Source of the DNA: Podarcis cretensis
Taxonomy: Eukaryota
Length of the DNA: 64,000 nt
Assembly: GCA_951804945.1 (NCBI GenBank)
Contig: OX638160.1
Coordinates: 41,354,001-41,418,000 of the forward strand
Reading direction: 5' to 3'
Position 1 is the first letter of the stretch. Every line of letters starts with the position of its first letter. The notes below the pieces were generated by a model. It was not told where the DNA came from. It was given only the letters and a program-made list of their open reading frames with translations, and did not search any database. Below, in pieces: positions 50,393-62,889 of this stretch. The translations under genes and the position numbers were made by a program.

Positions 50393-52059
50393 CTAAGATA
50401 AACAAAAGAGAAAACTATGAGTGATGTGCGTACTGCACATCTAGCACTTTTGTCCTGTGGAAACTTGGTGGTCTGCACCTAGTGTCTATGGAGCAAAGCT
50501 GTGTTTCTCACATGGTACCAGCAATGCCTGGTTGGCTAGTTAGTGTGGCTCTCTGGCCCTAATGTCAGAAAACTCAGCATGCCATAGGGGGGCCAATCAG
50601 TGAAGTCCCTTCTACACATATAAAGACACAATTTCAGATCTGGTGGGGAATCATATTTTTGACTGCTTCCATTTTCCCTTGATGGCTTAGTATTCTCTTT
50701 ACAGTGAGTTTATTTAAAATAGAAGATCATTAAAAATTGAACCCATTGCTTGTAGTTTCAAAAGACACAGTCAGTTCTTTTACTGCCACTAATTCTAGCG
50801 TATGGAAAGACTCAACCACAGCTGTAACAGAAAAAACACACTATGTGGAGCAGCTTAAAGGTCTTCATCCAAATCACAAATTGAGAAATCTGATTTCTAA
50901 TAATGAATTCAAAAATTACAGACATTGAAGGTTATTAATCTAACTCACATTTGAAGATAGTCTAATTAATAACTAATTTGAACTGCTCACAGTGTGATCC
51001 TATACATGTCTGCTCAGAAGCACCACCAAGTTCAATGGGACTTACTTCAGGTTTAAGGATTGCAGCCCAAGACTCTGCTTTATTCAAGAAATCTAATATA
51101 TTTTTAAGGCTCCCAAACCTCCTCTTTACATGTGCATAGCACAGAATGGATGGCATTTTAAACACTTCACACAGTAGTGCACTAAACTTTACAATTCTAA
51201 TACAGTAGATCTTGTGATATTTGGAGTTTTTTCCCCAACGCTGTCATTTGGTAATCATAAATCTCATTAGCTGCAGGGAAATGCTTCAAAATATTAAGTG
51301 ATTGCATCTTAAAGGCTCAGAATCCAACAGGGAAATTTAAAATGTACTAATCCCTAGTAATAATTAGCAGTTCTTTATGAAATAAGGCCAGACTCCTGAA
51401 AGCATAGGCATGTGCTGCGATACTGAAGACAATGTGATTTGTGCACATTTTCAGGATAAAGACCCAAGAAATGAAAGTGTTAGAATTTAGTAACTGGTAA
51501 GTTAAGTTGCAGCCAAGAAAGACAGACTCCAGCTGCAGCTCTGCTGGAAAATTGCTGTACAATTTGGACAAGTTACAATATTTCACATCAGTGTAACCAG
51601 AGTTACATACTGTGTAAAATGGAGCTATTATCCATTTTCGGACACATAAAACATTGTGAGAAGTACAGATGGAGCTTGTGTTAATACCGAGAATTACTGG
51701 AACAGATAGAATTTTCAAACACCATTTTTGATGTGCTTCCTTGTGGGAAAGGAAAAGGAAGTAAACACTGGAAAAGACAAATATGACAGAGCTTTTTCTG
51801 AGTCATTGCTTAAACATACAAGAGGCTCTTCAGACAAAACACTTATGAAGGACACCAAAATTAAGTCAGCCAACTTACCATAACTGGTAAAAACCACAAA
51901 TTATAGTTGTGTTTACGAAAACATGTATCATTAGTGTCCAGGATTTCAGATATTTTGGTGAACAGAGCTCACAGGCCAGCTAAAAGCAAAATGTTAAGGA
52001 ATAAAATGGTCTACCCCTTAAACCAGATATTCTAAAGCTCTTTAACTGCAAACTTATGC

Positions 52060-52354
52060 TTCTACTTTCTTCTTTGTCAATCACTCATAGCCGAGTAAGA
52101 TTGTCTTTCATCAATAAGGTCTTAACAGTGTGTCTGTAAGTGACTGTGGAAGCCAATTCTAGATCCACACGTCCTTCCACAGTGGGGACATAGGTTTCTG
52201 GGTGGGGGTTGATCATGATGAGGATTTGCCAAATGTGCCTTCCTCTTAGCACGTTTCTCCCTTCTGTCCTGAGTTCAACGTGCACAACACCTTTGGTAAA
52301 GGCTGTTCTCCAATTAGAGCATTCGCAAGCCAGTGTTTCCCAGTTGTTAGTATT
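52060..52354 (-). mobile_element. RTE-clade LINE 3' fragment (not BovB)
   Basis: Minus-strand NWETLACECSNWRTAFTKG (RTE C-terminal WExLAxxRxxWR motif) and (GAA)n-like tail. Confidence 0.7.
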
Positions 52355-52519
52355 TATAGTACTAGATTTGCCTTGATATGCACAATTACCAAGAAGTAAG
52401 TCCCACTGAATTCAATGGACTTTACTGATTCAACAGAATAGGATCATGTTGTATCTCTGAGATCAGTCATGATTTTTTTAGATGATGTCAGAAAAACATA
52501 TTTCTTTCTATCTGCAAAA

Positions 52520-52886
52520 TAGGGAAAATGCTATAGCTTAGTTGTACGCTTTGTGTCCCCATTTCAGTACCCAGCATCTATAGAGTGGCTTGGGGAAAGC
52601 TCCTATACGAAATCCTGGAAAGCTGCTTCCAGTCAGTGTAGAACAGGGGTAGTCAACCTTTTTACACCTACCACCCACTAATGCAACTTTCTTGATGGTA
52701 AAATTTCCTTACCGCCCACCAGCGTTCAATGGAAGGAGGATTTAGCTTGTTCCATAGAACCCCCTACCATCTACCTAGAATCCTGAAATGCCCACTAGTG
52801 GCACCAGGTTGACAACCTCTGGTGTAGACAATACTGAACTAGATAGACCAATGGCCTGACTCACTATAAGGTAATTTTCTATGTCT
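52520..52886 (+). mobile_element. Old tRNA-derived SINE with CR1-like tail (split by the hAT MITE)
   Basis: ctatagcttagttgta... head; cctggaaagctgcttccagtcagtgtaga|caatactgaactagatagaccaatggcctgactcactataagg tail. Confidence 0.7.
52644..52821. mobile_element. hAT-type MITE nested in a tRNA-SINE
   Basis: CAGGGGTAGTCAACCT...AGGTTGACAACCTCTG; 8-bp TSD GTGTAGAA/GTGTAGAC. Confidence 0.88.
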
Positions 52887-53039
52887 CCATATTACTATAA
52901 AAGGTGGCTGTAAAAATTATTGAAAAGTTAAATTAAGAGCTCTGAACTCTAAAAAAAAACACACACACACACACACACACAACACCAGACCTCTGAAAAA
53001 GGTCTTTTTAAACATTTATTATTGAGCTTTCAACTTTTA

Positions 53040-53530
53040 TCATTTGGACTTCTTGTGTCCTACCAGGTCGAATTTAAGGTGCTGACTTCAGTCTGCAATG
53101 TTCTATACAGCTTGGGGCCCAAGTATTTGAAGGTTCATTTTCTCTGTTACCAACCAACTGATGCTTTAAGTGGAGGAGGAGGTCCTGCTCATAGTTCCAT
53201 CTTCAGTTGCAGTCCACGGTACATGAGCATTTCTGCTGTGGTACCCCTGATGTGGCATTCCCTTCACACTGAGATACAGCTGTCCCCTATATTAAATGCC
53301 TTTAGGTGTCAGCTCATGACACATTTGCTTCTTCAGGCATATGTAAATGTTTGATATAATACCTAAATTGTTATTGGCTCCTTCTGACTATATTATTTTT
53401 TAAAACATATATATAGTTGATTTTTAAGACCTCGTATTTATGTGTATATTTTTTATGAATCATTGTGTAGCACCCTGATGACCTCTGGTTGAAGGGCAGA
53501 ATGCAAAATTATTTTTTATTATTATTTATA
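53040..53530 (+). mobile_element. L2 LINE 3' fragment
   Basis: Remnant (HW)L..SYQVEFKVL..V...L..LGPKYL and FS...P..W.SL...I motifs, followed by an L2-type 3' tail. Confidence 0.7.
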
Positions 53531-53857
53531 ACATGCCAGTGTGCATGTTGCCATCTGGAGCTCTATGATCAAGTTACAAAGTTCCTGATCACAAGGAGTT
53601 TATAATCTAAAACTGACAGTGGAGAAACTATGAGGTAGGTAGAGATCAGAAAGTCGAGAATGCCTGGATGAAAATCAAAAAGGAATGAAAGTATATAAAG
53701 AACTTCTCAGAGTGTTTTTTTCCTGATTAAGCTTGTGCTGAAAGAGCAAATATTCCCTGAGGAAGGCAGCAAGGATTCTATATCTACTATCTCTGGAAGA
53801 AGGAACAAAAGAGCTATCGTCTGTCAAAGGAATATTTATTTATTTATTAAAAGGTTA

Positions 53858-54062
53858 AGCCACATCTGCACTAGAGTTTCCCAGGAAGAGGTATCGACTG
53901 TGAACAAACTCTGAGACCTATAGCTCTGAGAGGGGACTCTGAGAGTCCTCCTAATAACTATCAGCATCCTTAACAAACTACAGTTCCCAAAATTATTTGG
54001 GGGAAACCAAGATTGTTCAAAGTAGTATCATAGTGCTTCAGATGTATAGTTCAGATGGGGCC
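53858..54062. mobile_element. PIF/Harbinger-like MITE
   Basis: GCCACATCTGCACTA...TAGTTCAGATGGGGCC termini near TAA/TTA trinucleotides. Confidence 0.55.
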
Positions 54063-55168
54063 CTAAGACTTACAAAAATACTATTAGGAGGAGGACAAGC
54101 ATAAATCTTAAATGCAAATAATGAAATAACATCAGCATGCCTGTTTCTGTTTTTCAACATCCATGCATCTTCTGCATTGAAAGCATTCCCCACTAGAGAG
54201 CAGTATGAATTTAAAATTACAAATACTTTGTGTGTATATATATAGGATAATAACTATGTTTTTCTATACAACTGCACAAATATTTTCTAATCTTTTGAGT
54301 CATTTTAAAACCTAATATACAGGATAAATTATGTACATTTTGTGGTTAACATGAGCCAAATAGAAAATGTGCATAAATACTGATGGTTGTGCATTCACAT
54401 GAAGGAGTGGAGAATGTACACAAATAGGCAGCATTAACATATTGTACATAGTTCTGCCAAAATACAGAGTTTCCACCTGAAAACTGCATATTGATCAGAT
54501 AATATACAAATTCTTGACATGAATTCACATTTTACCAGCAGCATTTGAGTCTATGCATACTGATTGTTTGTGCTGCTCATTTGTGAAAATTCATGTAAAT
54601 GTATGCAACTGCAGGTCCAGATTTTGACTGTTAAAGGTTCAGGGATCAGTAAAAACAAAAGGGGAAAAAATCTTTATGGGATAAGGGGATAAGCAGAGAG
54701 TTTGGTGGAGTAGTGAGGTAGAAGAATGGATGAAGTGGATGGTAGAGTAACTATTGAATTCACAGCCCCTGTATGGATTCCTTTAACAACATTAGGATGT
54801 GCAGAAAATATTCAGGCGACAATTGGCATGGACATAAAGTTATGGGTAAAACTTTGTTTTCTTAATACCCATACTGGGGAAAAGAGACATCTGTTATATT
54901 CCCACGTGTCAAGACAGAACAGATCTGGGGGTGGGGGGAGTGTTGGAAATCAATGGACATAACAGAATAGCAAGGTTTTTTCAGAAGTAATTGTAATATT
55001 AATAAATGAATGTCCCTCTGCTGGTCTGGTGAAAGAGCCTGTGGGGCAAAGGTGGCAGGTCAGGAGTTTAAGCACCACGGAGAGCTCCAAGTGAGCAACT
55101 TGTTCTAGCCAAAGTCAAAAGCCAACCAAGGCTGTGTACACATTACCTACTTAAAACACAACTAGGTA

Positions 55169-55402
55169 CAATGGTACTTCCGGTTATGAACTTAATTCGT
55201 TCCAGAGATCCGTTCTTAACCCGAAACTATTCTTAACATGAGGCGCGCTTTCGCTAATGGGGCCTCCTGCTGCTGCCGGTACATGACTTCTGCTCGCATC
55301 CCGGGGCAAAGTTCACAACCAGGAGCATCTACTTCTGGGTTTGCGGAGCTCGTTACCTGAAGCGTTCGTAAGGAGGACGGTACATAACCCAAGGTTCCAC
55401 TG
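55169..55402 (+). mobile_element. Tigger-type MITE, diverged relative of family A
   Basis: TA|CAATGGTACTTCCGGTTATGAACTTAATTCGTTCC...AAGGTTCCACTG|TA; shares gctaatggggcctcctgctgctgcc. Confidence 0.82.
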
Positions 55403-56009
55403 TAATTATTTTCCCCGCAATTCAGATTGAAGCTGGTTGGAGGTGGGGGGGTGGGGGAGGAATGCATCAAAATGTATTATTTCCTTAAAATAAATGAGAA
55501 GATACGATAGGTATGGATTGTGATAAAAGTTGTGTTGTCCGCCACTTCCCAAATCACTGGTGGGAACACAGTGGATTCAGAGCAAATAGGAATGTGTACA
55601 AGGCCTCATTCCATTTAAGTTTCTGCCACCAGACTTCCTCTCCCAGGTGCTGTCCCCTTGTGGAGAACCTCTGGCCTGCAGACAGTTACTGCTATGTTTC
55701 ATGACCTTCTCCAGTACATGCTCCCTGTGCTACTGGACCTTTAGAGGACTGTGAGAGATATTTTGTTTGTTGGGCTGAAGGGAAGACATCCATGAAGATC
55801 CTGGCTCTGGCTCCAGAGACCCAGGTGTTTTGGAAGGTTGTTCTGTGGGCTCCTCCCGTCAGTCAGGCTCAGTAGTCCCTCAGTCTCTAGCAGCAGGCTT
55901 AGAGCCCTAAAGTTGATGACTCTGCAGTCTCCAACACTTTTCCTCACTTCGGTATTAGCACCAGAGGATAAGGGATCATTTTTTTAAAGATTTTTTTTTC
56001 TTTACATAC

Positions 56010-56834
56010 TGTCAGAGCTGCCCGAGGTCCCAGCTCACAAAGGACCAACACCAGTTCGTTGTTATATACAAAAGTCTTTATTGAAGTTCAGTTTCGATTT
56101 CAAAGCCGTGGCGCGCAGCTCTACGTCTCAAACTCTAGACCGCTGAAGCTCCGTCTGAATCTCCTCCCCCCAGACACCAGTTTAAGACTCTAGCCTTGCT
56201 CCACCTCTTCCTTTGCTCTTTCCTCCTCTGGGTCCACCTGTCCGCTGGGGTCTTGCCCTTTCTAGACTCTTCTGACGCTGAGTCCCCTGAGTCTTCCCCC
56301 TGCCTCCGGTGGGCTTTAGGACCTGGTTCCCAATCCGGGTTTTCTGCTATCCCGCGCACCTGTACATTCGAACTTGGCGCGCGTGCCCAGCCGGCAACCT
56401 TTCTCTTGACCGTTACACTGCTCCTGTCACTGCTTCCCCCTTCGGGGAGGCTAGCTGGATCTGACTTCCCCTCCGTTCCCTCACTCTCCGATAGAGGCGT
56501 GGCCAGCCCTGACTCATCTTCTCTCCCTGCTGGAGGAGACGCTGGCCCTGATACATGGGCCTCTTCCCCCCCACTACGCTCTGGTGGGGGAGCTGGTCCT
56601 GATCTCCCGCTGCTGCTTTGGGAGTCCCCGCTGGCCCCTTGCTTCTGGTGCATCCCCCCTGGGATCCCCCTTGCCCTGGCCCTCGGCGCCCCTCTCTGGG
56701 AATCTTCTGATTCGTTGGAGAAGCTCATGGAATCTCTCGTGCCACTGTCATACTCCCCTACGCTGCCCTCAGATTCTTCCCCTTCGCTCTCCATTTCCTC
56801 TCTCCCCTGTGCCTCTGCTCCTGAGCCCCTGACA
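56010..56834 (-). mobile_element. Solo LTR (825 bp, Gypsy-like), containing a long ORF
   Basis: Inverted termini TGTCAG...CTGACA. Perfect 5-bp TSD CATAC (56005-56009, 56835-56839). Minus-strand AATAAA at 56082-56077 and TATA-like TTAAA at 56185-56181. GC- and CpG-rich, so probably young. Confidence 0.9.
56135..56794 (-). CDS. Hypothetical LTR-encoded 219-aa Ser/Gly/Glu-rich protein with basic C-terminus
   Basis: ATG in strong context (GAAATGG) at 56794. Open to TAG at 56135, entirely inside the LTR. No recognisable domain; coding status unproven. Confidence 0.35.
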   Translation of the reverse strand: MESEGEESEGSVGEYDSGTRDSMSFSNESEDSQRGAPRARARGIPGGMHQKQGASGDSQSSSGRSGPAPPPERSGGEEAHVSGPASPPAGREDESGLATPLSESEGTEGKSDPASLPEGGSSDRSSVTVKRKVAGWARAPSSNVQVRGIAENPDWEPGPKAHRRQGEDSGDSASEESRKGKTPADRWTQRRKEQRKRWSKARVLNWCLGGGDSDGASAV

Positions 56835-59028
56835 CATACATTAAAACATGGAAAACAAAGATAACTCTCCGGTGAAAAATCTATTAGCAAAATAATTTCA
56901 ATTTGCTTTTTCTTTCAGATCTGTTCAGTAAATAAACAATCCCTGTCTGCTATGACTGGTACAATGCCTATAGCTACACATAACAAAAAGAAAGTATTTT
57001 GTCTTCGGTGCCTTGTGGCAGATCATTAAAATTGTCCAGGGTGGGCTTTCGAACTTGGAGCAAATTCTATGCAGCATCTCTGCAGTCAGCAGGCATTCCC
57101 AACTTATACCTAAATCCAACAAGTTTAATCTATGTTTCAGCAATTTCTTTATGCTGGAAAGCACCTTAACGGAAGCCTAATTGTGTTAAAATATGCTGCA
57201 CTCATTTATTTAATTAAGTTCTATAAAAAGAGATGAGCACTAATCTATCACATATGTTATTTAATTAGCAATACATATCTTTTTCATAATCCTTTGTAAA
57301 AGAAACAGAGCACTTTCAGTGGCTTTTAAGCAGATTTATAAGCATCACCATTCAAATTCTAAGAAGTTATGCTGCAGTTACTATAATTTCTGCAACACCT
57401 ATATCTGTGCATGTGACCATCTTATTTCCCTTAGCCTCAGGATCCTAACGAAAACAACTGGAGTTGGTCTCAGTATGAAGAGAAAATGTAAAGTTGTCTG
57501 TGTTATATTCTTTTAAAATATTAAGGCTCCTATGCACTTACCTGGGAATACGCCTTATTAAAAACAATAGGACTTAATACTGAGTAGACATGCACAGGAT
57601 TGCACTATAAATTCACTACCTTAAAAGGACCCAAGGGGTTCAGCTGAAACTATAAAGTAGTACTTGTTGAATCGAAATAACTACAAAGAAGATCGCTTTA
57701 CAGACTTTGGGTGGAACTGAACATTGCACTATTTATGAACGTTCCATCTGTGCAAGCATTTCAGTTCACCAGATGGACCAGTTCCCCTTCTTCCCTGTGC
57801 ATTCACAGTTCTGGGGATTTCCTCAGACCCCAACAAGCCAATTTCAGAAGGCACAGCGGATGTGGGGGAAGCCCCATTACTCAAGCAGATTTCTTTGTGC
57901 TTTGGGCTTCTGCTGATGGAGCTCATTAACTGAATTCTGCCCATGGGCTTGGATCATAACTAGGCTTCCATGAGCAGAAAGGCTCCATCCATACTTTGTT
58001 TTAAATTTTAACTTTTGTATTTTTTAAAGTTAAAATGCTGAAATTGATTAAAATTACCTCAACTTTCTAAGCATTTGGGTAAGCTTGTCTAAACTAGAAT
58101 GTTTTTACCAGGCGCCAAAAAGAGTACTTTAGTATGGTTTACTCCTCCGTAAAGTGTAACATTCCACTTTGGCTATGCTGGGAACCCCTTTCCCTGGTGC
58201 ACATTCCCCCCCTTGTGAGGTTTTCAAGTGAAGTTCTTACATTCTTTCTAATGGACATCAGTACCTTAAAAATGATTTTAAGAGAAAAAGCAAGTAGGGG
58301 GGTCATTTTCTTTTCATGCTCCTAGAAACAGAAGCAGGAGAAAAAAGGCTCTTCTGTACAGTTCTGAAAACATCAAATGTAGCCTTGCTTCTCTCCTCCC
58401 ACTGGAAAATGTTGAAGGTAACTGGAACAAAAGCCTGGAAGCTACTGTTGTAATGAAGCTTTACTCTCTTGCTTAGGCTCTGTGGAGTGCTAATGCTAGC
58501 CCTGCTGAGTGTGCAAACTCCTTCCAAGGCCCTGTGGCTCATCTAAGCACAGTCAGTAAACTCTTCCAATATGCCTCACTAACCTCAGACTCTGTGGAAA
58601 AGCAAATACTTGCATCGTGCATGAGAGAATTCAGAAACTTCTCCCGAGGTTTGATTGAATTAAACTTCATTACCCAAGCCAATTGAGAGTAAGACACAGA
58701 TAAACTCGCTAAAAGTCCTTTGTGAAGATTTCTGTTAGCTGAAATACTGCCCTCCAAGCAAATATCCTATTAAAGACTGAACTGCAGATGAGAGTCATGT
58801 GGCTGTGAGAGCTAGCTCAGCGAGCCCTCGGCAATGGACGGACACATTCAAATGACTGTTATCTCAGCCATGTCGCCACCCTGCCCTTTATGCACCTCCC
58901 TTTGCTGCAGAGTGTAGTTGAAGCAGGGTGCCTCTATTTAACCATAGTTTCACATTTCACCTTCGCTAGTAAAATAGGGTTATCAGCATTGGAACAAGTC
59001 AAGATCCGAAACCAACTGCAAACTATTG

Positions 59029-59840
59029 TAAGGTTACCAGATTTTTTTCAATGAATCCAGGGACACTTTAAATAAATAAATAAATAAATAAATACTACAC
59101 ATTCGGGACGTTGGTGCCGCAGCGATGGCAGGGCAGAGGGGCCGCTGCCGCCTTGACCTCAACCACCATGTTTCCCCTTCCTCCTTTCCCCATGAGCCTG
59201 GGCAGCCCCTGAGTTGTTGGTTCTTCAGTGGTGGTGGTGGAGAAGCGATGCGCGGTGGGTAAGGCATAGAAGGCGGAGAAGGAGGGCCAAGAGCGGTGGC
59301 GGCGAGGCTTGGGCAGCACGATGCCTCTCTTCCCATCAGAGCAGCCCCAATCTCATTCCTACTTGCGTGCAAGCAGAAGGGGGCAGGGATCTCTCAGCTG
59401 GGAAGGGAGGCTTCCCGTTGCCTAACTGAGAGATCCCTGCCGCCTCCTGCTTGCACGCAAGCTCTGATAGGCAGCGTGAGGCCTCCTTTCATAGTTGAGA
59501 GATCCCCACCCCGCTCCTGCTTGCACGCAAGTAGGAGTTGGGAGGCTGCTCCGATAGGCAGCATGAAGCCTCCTTTCACAGCTTAGATGCTGGGGTCTGG
59601 GAAGGTGGAGGCAGCCCGGAAGATGCATCTTAGAGCCCCTGCACCACCATCATATGGGGACTTCCGAGCAGCTTCTGAAGCCAGACAGAGCCAACTGCTC
59701 CGGGCTGCTAAGACTGCCACTGCTGCGTTTGCCAGGAACATTAAAAAAACCCGGGGACATTCCGGGGATGGAATTTGTCTGGGGACTTATTTGCAAATCA
59801 GGGGGCTGTCCCCGGGAAACAAGGATGTCTGGTAACCCTA
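59029..59840. mobile_element. hAT non-autonomous element, 812 bp
   Basis: TA(A/G)GGTTACCAGA...TCTGGTAACCCTA TIRs. Perfect 8-bp TSD AACTATTG (59021-59028, 59841-59848). Subterminal GGGGAC repeats. Confidence 0.92.
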
Positions 59841-60240
59841 AACTATTGTTTAATATCCTGGCTGGTTCTAAAGCTGGTAAGCATTTATTTATTCATTACA
59901 CCCAATAACACAGGTTTGGCAAAAACAAAAAATTATACTTAATTAGAGGCTTCCTAGTCGTACTGTGGCTCACACAATGGAAGGAGCCAAAGGCATAATA
60001 CATAAGTAAAAAGACTTGTGCATACTTCAGTCAATAAGCCAACCTATAAAAATCTCAACTGGGTCAGGGTTCCTGAGGATTATCGCTGAAATTACTAGGG
60101 TTACTAGGTCCTAACTCCATAATTTGCTTGACTCTTTAAGCCTGGTACCTTAAATCAGAGTTCAGCCACATGAAAGCTTAAGCAAAAGTGAATTTGTTAG
60201 CCTCCAAGGTGCCACAAGGTTCTTAGAGTGCAATCCTATA

Positions 60241-60465
60241 CAGTGGTACCTCGGGTTACATACACTTCTGGTTACAGACTCCACTAACCCAGAAATAGTG
60301 CTTCAGATTAAGAACTTTGCTTCAGGATGAGAACAGAAATCGTGCTCCAGCGGTGTGGCGGCAGCAGAGGCCCCATTAGCTAAAGTGGTGCTTCAGGTTA
60401 AGAACAGTTTCAGGTTAAGAACGGACCTCCGGAACGAATTAAGTACTTAATCCGAGGTACCACTG
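60241..60465 (-). mobile_element. Tigger-type MITE family A (orientation B), inserted into an older hairpin repeat
   Basis: TIRs and TA TSD. Flanks gtgcaatcctata|cacgtctattcagaagt rejoin into the gcaatcctatacatgtctactcagaagt repeat. Confidence 0.9.
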
Positions 60466-62889
60466 TACACGTCTATTCAGAAGTGGTACAGATAAGTATA
60501 AATAGGACTGCAGTCTCCTCTGGGCTTGATGTTTTTCTGCAATAGAATTCACCTACATGGGGGGGAGAAAAACCTAATAGAATATTATGAACGTTATGCA
60601 AAACAAAGCTAAGGATTTTACCCTTTGGTGTATGTCATAGATATTTCCCCAAAATGGCTTCCATATATAGTACCCTTTTGGTACCAGGCTAAATCCACTG
60701 TCATCAACAGCTTTTCACAAATTGATTGATTATTGATCACTATGCTTATCGTTCTTCACTGACCTAAACATTTTACACTGCCATTCTCCTGCTGCCTCAG
60801 CATCTCTCTGACATTTCTATGGTTGCAAGCTCTCACGTGCAGCGACCCTTTCCTAAAGACACCTTATGGCCATTTAAAGATTTCAATTTTTTTCTGCAAT
60901 GGTGTGCATTTTTTTTTCCTTGGAGGAAAAAGTGCCTGGGTTGCAATTTAAACTTTCGATCTTTTTATCCATAAAATTTGAGGAAAATCTTAAGTCAGGT
61001 GCTTATGTTTTCCCTGATATGCCATATTGTTACATATTGTAGAAAACTGAAACAAGTTGAACAGCCATCTGCTAACTGCTTTAAACATATACGGTATGTT
61101 CCAAACCAAGCTTACATACACATAGCAGATGTGGATGCAGATGAGCAATGCTAACTTCCTTCTTCCATTAAGTCACTAACAGCCACCTACTTTGAGTGGG
61201 ACTTACTTCTTGGTAGACATGCAAAGGACTGTGCTGTAAAAGTTAACCTGTATGCTGCTGCTTTGGCTATATCCACAAATGGAATCTGACTTTCCTTTTT
61301 CTGTTTTGTTTTGGTTACTTCAAAGTAAGTAAACCATACATCTAAGTTACAGGGCTAAGTGATATGCTTCAATAATTTTCACCAGTATATCAATTATTTA
61401 GGTTTTTCCCATTTTCCTGGCAAATAATACTTGTTTCTTTAATTATTATTTTTGTAAAAAACCTACAAAACTAATTGCACCCAAGAAATTACTGTTTTGC
61501 TTGGTTTTGAATGAAGCAAGTGGGTGGTACTCAGTGTAGATCCACTGAAAACAATGAACATGACTAAGTTGGTTCCATTAATTTCATTCTGTCTACACGG
61601 AGTAGAACTTAGCTGAATACCATCCAGTGTTTTAAATTTTCAGTTTTTGCTTGGTCGAGAACTTTCTACCTCCATTTCCAGCTACAAAATGGAAACAGCA
61701 GCAACTCATTTCAAAGGATAACTGAGTGGATGAATAAAAGAAATTCTTATCTACCTGAATCTATAAAGAAAAGAAGGAATGGCTAACCAGGATCACAGAG
61801 AAATGTCTTGGTCCTGTTGCCAATCGGCCTTCCATGGGTGATCCTACAAGATCTCAGTATACATAGCATGGTCTCCCTCAGCGCATGTTTTAAAACTGGG
61901 ACTTTTTATTTTAAAAGAACCTTTTTTGCTTTCATTTTACAGAGAGTTACCTTATGAAATGTGTGGTCTCAATGAGAAATTATAATTATCAGTAATGTAA
62001 AACCAGGAGTTTTTCTTTCTGTTCCCAAAGTGTATGAAATAGCCAAGTGTTTAATTGTTGAATGTCCAGGAATGTTTGATAAGATACGATTTGCAGAGCA
62101 TAATGCTTCTCGGATTATCTATTAAAGCAGCAGCAATTGCTGCTCAGAAGGCAGTGGATGAGGATTTTGTGCAGAAGTGTCCAACTGTGCACAGTATAAT
62201 CATACTGGACTTTCTCTGCCCCTTGAACCCCACTTACTGAGTTTCTACAACATAGTGACTTCAAGACATGGTTACAGGGGCATTTAAGAACAAGGTAGCA
62301 TATTGAAGAATGTATAGTATAAGCACATTCAGTTCCTAAGATGAGAAACTGGTCAATAAAGTTATATGGCTGATAAGTGCCTTATGATATGGTTGTTCAG
62401 GAGGTGTAAGCTTTTGTGCCTAAGTGCACATCATTTAAACATTCAAAGATTGGACAGGGTTAAAGGTAAGTGACCCAAAATTCATCATGTTTACAATTTT
62501 CATAGAACTTGGCAACTAATCTAAGAGAAAACCAATGCAAAAAGCCTTTGTTTAACTGTGATGTTATTTACCTGCAAACAGATTTTGGATTGAATCGTAT
62601 TTTTAAAGTGGTGTTCACTGCAATAATTTTAAACCAAAGTCCAGCTTCACCTTTTGATTTTTCCACAGTAACACACTTTAGATTGCAGCTAGGGATAATG
62701 CCATTTTTCTCATGTTTTGCTCACCAAGTTCATTCCAATATTTTCAACCACATTATCCCCATTGTTCTTAATAAAAATATTTATATACAACTAGTTGGTT
62801 TTAAAAAAATCAAAGCAGTTTAAAACAAGAATATTTATAGACAATAAAAATCATGTGAAAACTTTAAAGCAGAAACCATCAACCAACTC

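Noticed and set aside
50067-50405. Treating the whole 112-aa ORF as a gene
   Set aside because: The ends (MFIL and KLFAIF...) are intronic read-through; splice sites define 50114-50392.
56196-56864. 222-aa plus-strand ORF in the solo LTR
   Set aside because: Non-ATG start, Ser/Pro/Leu low-complexity mirror of the minus-strand ORF, antisense to the LTR signals.
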